64,000 nucleotides of DNA from Azolla caroliniana (lineage: Eukaryota; Plantae; Polypodiophyta). The position numbers and the translations under genes were made by a program. Within the stretch, counting starts at the first letter, position 1; each line of letters begins with the position of its first letter. Below the pieces are notes generated by a model. It saw only the letters and a list, made by a program, of their open reading frames with translations, did no database searches and was not told where the DNA came from. The stretch spans positions 868,001 to 932,000 of the forward strand of contig JBHGNT010000017.1 in the NCBI GenBank assembly GCA_043228905.1, in the 5' to 3' direction. This document shows positions 11,101 to 20,216 of this stretch, piece by piece.

Positions 11101-12176
11101 CCTATGCCAGCAATCCGGCACGTACCTTCATTTCGCATCCGAACACAGCCATGTTCACCGGTTGTGTAGGATGAGAAGTATCTTCTCTCCGGGGTCAGGT
11201 GGAACGATGCTCCGGAATCGACCACCCAGGTCGTCTCATCGCCGGCAATGTTTAGTTCACCTTCTTCGGTGATGAGCATGATTTCTTCCTCACTTGCCGC
11301 GAGTGCCGTCGTTCCTTTCCGATCCTGCCCTCGCCGATCCGGACCTCTCCGGTCCGTGGCTCCCCGGTGTGCACCGTTTCTCTCCGGTGACTTCTTCGAA
11401 TCGGTGTCGTCGGCTCCGTTGTCCTTTCGGTAATGCCGACAATTCTTTCGGAAGTGCCCCGGCTTCCCACAGTGGAAGCACGTGGGTCTTCCTCTTGACT
11501 GCGACCGGGTCCCCGACTTCTCCCGTCTTTGCGGACTCCGGTTCCATTGTCTTCCCCGTTCCGATTCGGTAAGCAGCGTCTTCGAGTCGGAGGCCGGTTC
11601 TTTATCTCTCCGACGCGCTTCTTCGTTCAAAATACTTGTCTTTACCGTTTGTAGGGACAAGTTATCTTCCGTGCAGGAGGTGCTGAGAGTCACCACCAAG
11701 TTCTCCCAGCTTTCCGGTAATGTACACATCAGGATGATGGCTTGCATTGCATCCTCCAACGGGAACTTGATCGCCGCAAGCTGGTTCACGAATCCCATGA
11801 ACGTGCTTACGTGTTCAACCATACTCTCGCCGTCCCGGTACTTGAGGTTCACTATCTTCCTCATCAGGGAGGTCCGGTTCAACGCATTCTTCCTCTCGTA
11901 GAGGCCCGACAGCTTCCGCCACATCTCATATGCGTTGGTGTCGTTCGCCACATGTTGTAGAACGCTCACGTCGACGTATTGCCGAATGGTTGCAACGGCT
12001 TTCCGGTTCAGAAGCCTCCATTCCGACTCAAGTACCCCCTTCGGTATTTCCGACCTGTCAATCGGTTCGTACAGGTCCCGAACAATCAGAAGATCCTCCA
12101 TCTTGATCTTCCAGTCGGCGTAATTCTGCGCATTCAGCACCATCATCCCCGGCTGCCCGCTGCCGTCGCCTTCCAT
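8103..12176 (-). CDS. Intact copia Gag-Pol polyprotein, 1357 aa (gag, CCHC knuckle, PR, IN, RT, RNase H)
   Basis: CFHCGKPGHFRKNC; WVVDSGAS; LWHKRLCH..CTDC; ADNGGEY..NGLAERMNRT; GKLD; KARIV; LLLYVDD; RTKHI. Copia domain order, no internal stops. Confidence 0.96.
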   Translation of the reverse strand: MEGDGSGQPGMMVLNAQNYADWKIKMEDLLIVRDLYEPIDRSEIPKGVLESEWRLLNRKAVATIRQYVDVSVLQHVANDTNAYEMWRKLSGLYERKNALNRTSLMRKIVNLKYRDGESMVEHVSTFMGFVNQLAAIKFPLEDAMQAIILMCTLPESWENLVVTLSTSCTEDNLSLQTVKTSILNEEARRRDKEPASDSKTLLTESERGRQWNRSPQRREKSGTRSQSRGRPTCFHCGKPGHFRKNCRHYRKDNGADDTDSKKSPERNGAHRGATDRRGPDRRGQDRKGTTALAASEEEIMLITEEGELNIAGDETTWVVDSGASFHLTPERRYFSSYTTGEHGCVRMRNEGTCRIAGIGDVWLTTPTGCKMLLKDVRHVPEVRLNLISAGRLDDEGYTGSIRNGVMKFSKGSLIVARARKDNTLYLMNARLCPEELNVAADTAGELWHKRLCHMSEKGMKRLAEDNLIPVKHVHLEKCTDCLAGKQNRASFHSRPPTRRSVPLELVHTDVCQVETKSHGGAQYFVTFIDDHSRKLWTAPLKTKDQVLCVFKELHARVERESGKKLKAIRADNGGEYRGQFAEYCRSKGIRLEFTVPKTPELNGLAERMNRTIMERVRSMLAHAELPKGFWAEAMSTATYVINRSPSVPLDGDTPQRVWTGREVSYRHLKVFGCLAYVHVAKDRRGKLDPKTRPCIFLGYGDDEFGYRVWDPVDKKIFRSRDIIFMENKTLADWESEKKMKSSKSTGEDQLYEEQSRPARDWLALEDPAEDGEETEPAEEDENDTGTGPDPEMDSDEEESEEPVTEAPERRYPLRERRAPRRFPEPEHVLLTDEGEPESFEEAKHDTQSRRWLSAMQDEMDSLHENHTYELVELPKGKRALRNKWVYKLKPGDAGNPPRYKARIVVKGFQQKKGVDFDEIFAPVVKMTSIRTVLSIVASMDLEVEQMDVKTAFLHGDLEEEIYMQQPEGFEKKGKEHLVCRLKKSLYGLKQAPRQWYRKFDSFMTDEGYLKTQSDHCVFVKKFEGGDFLILLLYVDDMLIVGRDQVKIRMLKKALHRTFSMKDLGPARQILGMHIIRDRSKKQLWLSQEKYVTKVLKRFNMSEARPVGSTLPANCKLSSKQSPKTKAEKEDMMKVPYASAVGSLMYAMVCTRPDIGYAVGVVSRYMSNPDKEHWNAAKWILRYLKGTANVCLRFGSGKPELDGFTDSDMSADADTSRSTSGYVMTYAGGAVSWQSRLQKTVALSTTEAEYMAAVEAGKEIIWMKDFIRELGIRQEEYRLYCDSQSAIHLAKNAAYHSRTKHIQRRYHWIRERIEDKEFVLTKVHTDENGSDMLTKVLTPDKLEACRKRIRLVRYPMPE

Positions 12177-12191
12177 TTTCTGCAGCAGCCC

Positions 12192-12203
12192 GCTCTGATA
12201 CCA
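12192..12203 (-). promoter_or_regulatory. Primer-binding site (tRNA-iMet) of element B
   Basis: TGGTATCAGAGC, 3 nt (ATT) after the LTR end. Confidence 0.92.
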
Positions 12204-12206
12204 AAT

Positions 12207-13350
12207 TGATCAAAATTAATCGACACTTTCCAAACTTCACCTCTCGTCACAACCAAGGAAACACACGAATCGTTGTTGCAGAAAATGGGAAATGCGAAAA
12301 ATAGAATGGACACACGATTTAACGTGGAAAACCCTGTACGGGAAAAAACCACGGGAGTACAAGACTCCGAACCAAAACTATGCACAGAGAAATATACAAT
12401 GGCGAGCTGCAAGGCGACGACCTTGAGCTCGCTGTCCTCGCCACAGGCGGCGGAAATACACAGAGGCGTCGACCTCTTCTTCTCTCACGCTCTATCTCTC
12501 TCGCGGCTGCTCTCTCTTCACTCCTCTTGAGTGGAAAAACAGAAAAATGATCAGCAACATTAAAACTGTTTGCCCTAAGTCATATTTATACACATATGAC
12601 TTTGGGGCTATTTACAACTATAGCCTCAAGGGCCCTTGGCAAACATATTCACAGATATGTCCCCGCATCCGGATCTCTCTCCGGGTACATTCGTCATCCG
12701 GCTCCGAAGCCGGGGTCTTCATCATCCGGTTCCGAAACCGCAATTGATGAAAATTAATCGACACTTTCCAAACTTCACCTCTCGGCCACAACCGAGGAAA
12801 CACACGAATCGTTGTTGCAGAAAAATGGGAAATGCAGAAGAAAATAAGTGGACACACGATTTAACGTGGAAAACCCTGTACGGGAAAAACCACGGGAGTA
12901 CACGACTCCGAACCAAAACTATGCACAGAGAAGTATACAATGGCGAGCTGCAAGGCGACGACCTTGAGCTCGCTGTCCTCGCCACAGGCGGCGGAAATAC
13001 ACAGAGGCGTCGACCTCTTCTTCTCTCACGCTCTATCTCTCTCGCGGTTGCTCTCTCTTCACTCCTCTTGAGTGGAAAAATAGAAAAATGATCAGCAACA
13101 TTAAAACTGTTTGCCCTAAGTCATATTTATACACATATGACTTTGGGGCTATTTACAACTATAGCCTCAAGGGCCCTTGGCAAACATATTCACAGATATG
13201 TCCCCGCATCCGGATCTCTCTCCGGGTACATTCGTCATCCGGCTCCGAAGCCGGGGTCTTCATCATCCGGTTCCGAAACCGCAACCGGGCTTGTCGGCAT
13301 TCATCTCCAACATCCGACCATCTCATCCGAAAGGGACCGTAATCCCAACA
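12207..13350 (-). repeat. Two head-to-tail LTR-B copies (partial 12207-12743, full variant 12745-13350)
   Basis: Both begin TGAT(C/G)AAAATTAATCGACAC on the + strand; the partial copy lacks 66 bp of U3. Confidence 0.92.
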
Positions 13351-13381
13351 GGAGGGACCTGTTTCCTAACAAACTCCCCCT

Positions 13382-16300
13382 TCACTCCGGCATGGGGTAT
13401 CTTACTAGTCCGACCCGCTTGCGACATGCATCCAGCTTGTTAAGTGTCAATACTTTGGTCAGCATATTTGACCCGTTCTCAGCCGTGTGGATCTTCGTCA
13501 GCGCGAACTCTTGGTCATCTACTCTTTCCCGGATCTAGTGATACCTACGCTGGATATGCTTCGTCCGGGAATGGTAGGCCACATTCTTAGCAAGGTGGAT
13601 GACACTTTGACTGTCGCAATAGAGTCAGTATTCATCTTGCCGGATACCGAGCTCTCTGATGAAGTCCTTCATCCATAATATTTCCTTGCCGGCTTCCACA
13701 GCCGCCATGTACTCCGCTTCCGTGGTTGACAACGCAACCGTCTTCTGCAGCCTCGACTGCCACGAAACAGCTCCCCCTGCATATGTCATTACATACCCGG
13801 ATGTAGACCGGCTGGTATCCATATCAGCCGACATGTCCAAATCGGTAAAACCGTCAAGTTGAGGTTTATCGGAGCCGAATCGGAGACACATATTTGAAGT
13901 GCCCTTCAGGTACTGATGTATCCATATGACCGCGTTCCAGTGCTCCTTGCCAAGATTGCTCATAAACCGGCTCACCACTCTGACTGTGTATCCTATATCC
14001 GGTCGGGTACACACCATTGCGTACATTAAGCTCCCGACGGCAGAGGTATATGGAACCTTCATCATATCAGCCTTCTCTGCTTTCGTCTTCGGGCTTTGCT
14101 TACCGGATAATCTGCAGTTTTCTGGGAGTGTCAATCCGACCGGTTTCGCTTCTAATATGTTGAACCACTGAAGCACCTTTGTCACGTACTTCTCCTGTGA
14201 CAGCCACAATTGCTTCGTTGGCCGGTTCCGGATGATATGCATCCCCAGCATCTGTCTTGTCGGACCCAAGTCTTTCATTGAGAAGGTCCGGTTGAGAGCC
14301 TTCTTCAACATCTGTATTTTGGCTTGGTCCCGTCCGACGATCAACATGTCGTCCACGTACAGAAGGAGTATCAGGAAGTCGCCTCCTTCGAACTTCTTCA
14401 CAAACATGCAGTGATCGGCCTGTGTCTTGTGGTACCCTTGATCGGTCATGAAGGAGTCAAACTTCCAGTACCATTTTCGGGGAGCCTGCTTCAGTCCGTA
14501 CAGGCTCTTCTTCAACCGGAAAACCAGTTGCTCCTTCCCATTCTCCACGAATCCTTCCGGTTGCTGCATGTAGATCTCCTCTTTGAGGTCACCGTGAAGG
14601 AATGTCGTCTTCACGTCTAGTTGTTCTACCTCGAGGTCCATGCTTGCCGCTATACTCAGCACCATCCGGATGGAGGTCATCTTTACTACCGGGGCAAATA
14701 TCTCATCGAAGTCCACGCCCTTCTTCTGTTGGAACCCCTTCACCACGATCCTGGCTTTGTATCTCGAGGGGTTGCCGACATCTCCCGGTTTCAACTTGTA
14801 CACCCACTTATTTCGGAGTGCCCACTTTCCTTTCGGCAACTCCACCAATTCGTACGTATGGTTCTCATGCAGGGAATCCATCTCATCCTGCATGACACTT
14901 AACCATTTGCGGTTGTGAGTGTCATCCTTCGCTTCTTCAAAGCTTTCTGGCTCCCCCTCATCGGTTAGCAGCACATGCTCTGCATCCGGAAATCTCTAGG
15001 GGGGCCTTCCCTCTCTGAGAGGATATCTCCGTCTCTGGGCTTCGGTAAACGGCTCCTCCATTTGCTCTTCATCCGAATCCGATTCGGGGTCTTGGTCGGT
15101 TCCGGTTTCAACTTCCTCTACTTCTTCTTCTGCCAACTCGGTATCCTCACCGTAACCGGCTGGTTCCTCGAGTGCTAACCGGTCTCTTGCCGGTTGGGTA
15201 TGCTCATCGTAGAATCGATCCTTACCGGTCAACTCGGAGTTCATTATCTTCTTCTCCGACTCCCAGTCGGCGAGCGTCTTGTCCTCCATGAAGATAATAT
15301 CTCGACTCCGGAATACCTTCTTGTCGACCAGGTCCCACAATCAGTAGCCGAACTCATCCTCGTCGTAACCGAGGAATATGCATGGCTGGATCTTTGGATC
15401 TAATTTTCCTCTCCGATCCTTAGCTACATGCACATACGCAAGACACCCGAATACCTTCAGATGCTAGTAGGACACTTCCTTACCGGTCCAGAATCTCTAT
15501 GGCGTGTCTCCGTCCAAGGGTACTGAGGGTGATCTGTTTATCACATATGTCATCGTCAACAGTGCCTCAGCCCAAAACTTCTTGGGTAGTTTTGCATGCG
15601 CCAGCATACTCCGGACCCTTTCCATTATGGTCTGGTTCATCCTCTCAGCCAGCCCGTTTAGTTCCGGCGTCTTCGGCACGGTAAATTCGAGCCGGATTCC
15701 CTTCGAGCGACAATACTCCTTGAACTGCCCCCGGTATTCACCTCCGTTATCTGCTCGAACCGCCTTCAGCTTCCGGCCGGTTTCTCTTTCCACTCTCGCG
15801 TGGAGCTCTTTGAAGACGGATAACACCTGATCCTTCATCTTCAACGGTGTGGCCCACAGCTTCCGACTGTGGTCATCTATGAATGTCACGAAGTACTGCG
15901 ATCCGGCATGTGACTTCGTGTCCACTTGACATACATCAGTATGCACCAACACCAGTGGTGCATTACGTCTCATTGGTGGCCTCGATCGGAAGGAGGTCCA
16001 ATTTTGTTTACCGGCCAGACAATCAGTGCACTTCTCCAAGTGCACGTTCTTCACTGGAATGAGGTTGTCCTCTGCAAGCCTCTTCATCCCCTTCTCGCTC
16101 ATGTGACATAGCCTCTTGTGCCACAGCTCACCGGCAGTGTTGGATGCCACGTTCACTTCTTCCGGGCATAACCGGGCATTCATCAGGTACAACGTGTTTA
16201 CCTTCCGAGCCCGAGCCACAATCAGGCTCCCTTTGCTGAACTTCATAACACCGTTCCGGATGCTACCCTTGTAGCCTTCATCATCTAGCCGACCGGCTGA

Positions 16301-17425
16301 TATCAGGTTCAGACGAACCTTCGGAACGTGTCGGACATCCTTCAGCAGGAGCTTGCATCCGGTTGGTGTTGTCAGCCACACATCTCCTATGCCGACAATT
16401 CGGCATGTACCTTCATTCCCCATCCGGACACAACCATGATCACCGATTGAGTAGGATGAGAAGCATTTCCGGTCCGGGGTAAGGTGGAACGATGCTCCGG
16501 AGTCGACCACCCAGGTCATCTCGTCGCCGGCAAGGTTTATCTCACTCTCCTCAGTGATGAGCATCAACTCTTCTTCACTTGCCGCAATTGTCGTCGTTCC
16601 CCTCCGGTCTTTACCGTTCCGGTCCGGTGTCCGCTTCGAATCGGTACCGTCGGTTTCCTTGTCTTTTCGGAAATGCCGACAGTTCTTCTGGAAGTGTCCC
16701 GGCTTGCCGCAATAGAAGCAAGTAGGCATCCCCCTTGACTTTGACCGTGTCCCCGACTTTTCCCAGTTCTAGGGACTACGGTTCCTTTTTCTTCCGCGTT
16801 CCGATTCGGTAAGGAGCGCTTTGGAGTCGGAGCTCATATCCTTATCTTTCCGATGTGCCTCCTCATCTAGCAAGCTCGACTTCACTCTTGCTAGGGATAA
16901 CCGTTTCCCTTCCGGCCCGGCGTTGCCCAAAGTGACAACCAACGTCTCCCAGCTATCCGGGAGGGAACCGAGCAGGAGTAGCGCTAGTACCTCATCGGCG
17001 AGAGGTACTTCCAATGATGTTGTCTGGTGTATCAGCCCCTGGAAGGCATTCATGTGCTCCGCCATGCTGGAGCCATCTTGGTACCGGAGTCTTACTAGCT
17101 TCCGGAATACCGAAACCTAGTTAACAGCATTTTTGTTCTGAAACATAATGCCAATCTTCTCCCAAAGCTCATGAGCCTTGCTCTCTTCATTGAAGTTGTT
17201 GTATAGGCTCATGTCGATGAAGCACCGTATGTACGTCGTTGTTTTCATGTGCATCACCTCCCATATTGTGGCGTCGATTTTGTCCGGTCTCTTGTCCCTG
17301 AACTGAACCGGCAACCAAAGATCTTTAACCACGAGCATGTCCCTCATCTTCGACTTCCACACCGAATAGTTGGAGCCGGTGAGCTTGAACATGCCTCCCA
17401 ATGATTCGTCCATTTTCTGTGTCAT
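13382..17425 (-). pseudogene. Element A gag-pol with several premature stops
   Basis: Collinear ORFs 17117-17425, 16769-17065, 15497-16729, 14996-15340 and 13625-14974 are highly similar to element B pol. Confidence 0.92.
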
Positions 17426-17443
17426 TTCGCTCTGATACCACTT

Positions 17444-17712
17444 TGTCAAGAACTACACGCTCCCGATGAACAACGGTCGGCCACAACCAAGCTTAGAATC
17501 AAACACAGAAAACAGGAATGACTGCGCAACACAATGGAGAGAAGAGAACACATGATGTTATCATGGAAAACCCAAACTAGGGAAAAACCACGGCAGCCCA
17601 CAGACTGCAAACTATCACTATATCAGAATGTACAATAGTAAAGCACCGAGGCAACGACCTCGAGCTTGCTATCTTCGCCACATGCGGCGGTTACAACAAA
17701 GGCAACGACCTC

Positions 17713-17764
<52 letters not shown>

Positions 17765-18321
17765 CACTATTACGCTCTAATCTTGCGCAAACAAGAATGA
17801 CAACTACAACCTTATTCTCAGTTTTCCCTAAGTCATATTTATACTAAAATGACTTTTCGGCTATTTACAAATATAGCCCCGATGGACTCTCAGAAACATA
17901 TTTACGAATATGTCCCTTCATCCGGTGAGCACTCCTCACCGGGCTTGCATCATCTGGCGCTTGCCGGGCACTCATCATCCGGTTCTCATCGGGTCTTCCG
18001 TTTCCAGGTACTCATCATCTGGTTCTCATCGGGTCTTCCGTTTCCGGGTACTCCTCATCCGGTTCTCACCGGGTCTTCCGTAGCTGGGTACTCCTCATCC
18101 GGTTCTCACCAGGTCTTCCGTAGTCGGGTACTCCTCATCCGGTTCTCACCGGGTCTTCTGTTGTCGGGTACTCCTCATCCGGTTCTCACCAGGTCTTCCG
18201 TAGCCGGGTACTCCTCATCCGGTTCTCACCGGGTCTTCTGTAGTCGGGTACTCCTCATCCGGTTCTCACCGGATCTTCCGTAGCCGAGTACTCCTCATCC
18301 GGAGGGACCTGTTTCCTAACA
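17444..18321 (-). repeat. 5' LTR of element A (878 bp)
   Basis: TGTTAGG...TTGACA termini; PBS 3 nt downstream. Confidence 0.93.
17976..18300. repeat. 40-bp tandem repeat x8 in LTR-A U3
   Basis: Unit GGTTCTCACCGGGTCTTCCGTAGCCGGGTACTCCTCATCC with an exact 40-bp period. Confidence 0.93.
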
Positions 18322-20216
18322 AGGACAGAGAATCCATTTCCGACACAGAGGGTGACTTGAACAAAGGGAGAGGCTGGCAGAGTAGTCCCAGAACCGAGGG
18401 TCAAAGTCGAAGGGAAGGCTCACGTGCTTGTACTGTGGGAAGTTAGGACACTTCCAGAAGAACTGTCGACACTACCAGAAGGACAAAGGCGGAGCTGTTG
18501 GTGTTGAGCCGAAGAAGATTCCGGACATCAAGAACGCCCCAGCCATCGCCGCGAGCAAGGAGGAGTTGTTGTTCATCAGTGAACAAAGTGAAGTAAACCT
18601 CGCCATCAAAGAATCGACATGGGTGGTCAATTCTGGTGCGTTGTTTCACCTGACCCCCAATAGAGAATGTTTCTCATTGTATATAGCCGGTGACTACAGC
18701 TACGTGAAGATGGGGAATGATGGTGCATGTTGTGAAGTTTGCTTACATCAATGGGTGACATAATGATATTGAAAGAAGTGGCCCAAGTTTTGGATATCCA
18801 ATTGAATCTGATATTAGTCAAACGGCTCGATGACGAAGGCTATAGTGGTAACTTTCAAAATAGCACATGGAAATTCTACAAGGGAACCTAATCGTGGCCC
18901 ATGCCATGAAGCAAAACACTTTATATGTGATGCATGCACGGTTGAACCAGAACGAGGTGAATGTGGCAACAGACACAACTAGTGAGGTGGGGCATAAGAG
19001 GCTATGCCACATGGCTCAAAAAGAAATGCACATGCTAGCCGAAAGAGAACTCCCGCCGGAGGTTAAGAAAGTGCATCTAGAGAAATGTACTGACTGCCTA
19101 ATCGAAAAACAGAACAAGGATGCCTTTCGTCCTAGGCCTTCAATGAGGAGGAAGAACGCTCTGGAACTTGTGTATACGGATGTGTGCCAAGTTGATACAA
19201 AGTCACATGTTGGTGCACAATACTTTGTGGCTATAGCCGAAAGTTGTGGGCTTTCACAATGAAGACAAAGGACCAGGTGATATCCGTCTTCAAAGACTTC
19301 CAAGAAAGAGCGTAAAGAGAATTTGAACAAAAGGTGAAGGCGGTTCAGACTGATAATGGAGGGGAGTATTGAGGGCAATTCGAAGAATACTGCCAATCTC
19401 AAGGTATCCAGTTGGAATACACAGTATCAAAGACTCCAGAACTGAACGGAATGGCTGAGAGGATGAACCGAACCGTGATGGAGAGAGTCATATTTATGTT
19501 GGCACATGCTAAGTTGTTGAAAACCTATTGGGCAGAAGCGTTGAAGACAACGGTCTATGTAATAAACAGGTTTCCCTCGGTGCCTTTGGGTGGTGATGTA
19601 CCACAGAGAATGTGGGCAGGCAAAGAAGTGTCATATCGACATCTGAGGATGTTTGGTTGCCTCTCTTATGTACACATTACCAAGGACCGGAGGGGCAAAC
19701 TTGATCCCAGGGGCTGACTGTGCATATTTCTCGACAGCGGCGAAGACAAATTCGGCTACCAGTTATGGGACCCAATTGACAAGAAGTTCATCAGGAGCCG
19801 AGACATAGTCTTTATGGAAGAAAAGACTATTACCGATTGGGAAAAGAAGGGATCACCATCCTAGCCAACTGGAAGAGAACAACTGGATGAGATATGCAGT
19901 CGGCCGGTTGGAAGCCTGATGCTAGCCGAAGAGCTAAGTGGGCCAGTCGGATTCAGATGAGGAGTTGGATCGGCCGAAAGAGAACCTAAAGCTGGATTCG
20001 GACAAGATTTTGAATCGGACTCAGATGAGGAGCCGTCAAGAGAGATTGAGGTAGAGCCGACCGAGGAGAACCAAGGCAGGAGATACCCCTTGAGAAACAG
20101 GAAGCCCCCCCGGAGATTTCCAAACCGATGAGGGGGAGCCAGAAAACTTTGAGTAAGCTAAGAAAGATGCCCGTAGCAAAGAGTGGTTACACGTCATACA
20201 AGACGAGAGGGATTCA
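18322..20216 (+). pseudogene. Element D continuation: gag knuckle, protease, integrase (degenerate)
   Basis: YCGKLGHFQKNC, WVVNSGA, HKRLCH..CTDC, NGMAERMNRT, GKLD; cut just before RT by element C. Confidence 0.88.

Larger units (their letters stand above)
7469..13350 (-). mobile_element. Young Ty1/copia element B nested in the 3' LTR of A, TSD GGAGG
   Basis: GGAGG at 7464-7468 and 13351-13355. LTR copies at 7469-8071, 12207-12743 (partial) and 12745-13350. PBS 12203-12192; intact gag-pol. Confidence 0.92.
6831..18321 (-). mobile_element. Ty1/copia LTR retrotransposon A (Tnt1/Tork-like), full length, TSD AGGAC
   Basis: AGGAC at 6826-6830 and 18322-18326. 5' LTR 17444-18321; PBS TGGTATCAGAGC 17440-17429; PPT next to 13372. 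3' LTR is split into 13371-13351 and 7468-6831. About 11 mismatches in ~500 alignable bp between the LTRs, by eye. Confidence 0.93.

Noticed and set aside
8208-12209. Many + strand ORFs over gag-pol
   Set aside because: Antisense shadows of a GC-rich coding strand; no recognisable motifs.
17849-18283. 144-aa repetitive ORF; CRISPR-like appearance
   Set aside because: Translation of the 40-bp LTR repeat. There are no unique spacers, and the context is eukaryotic.
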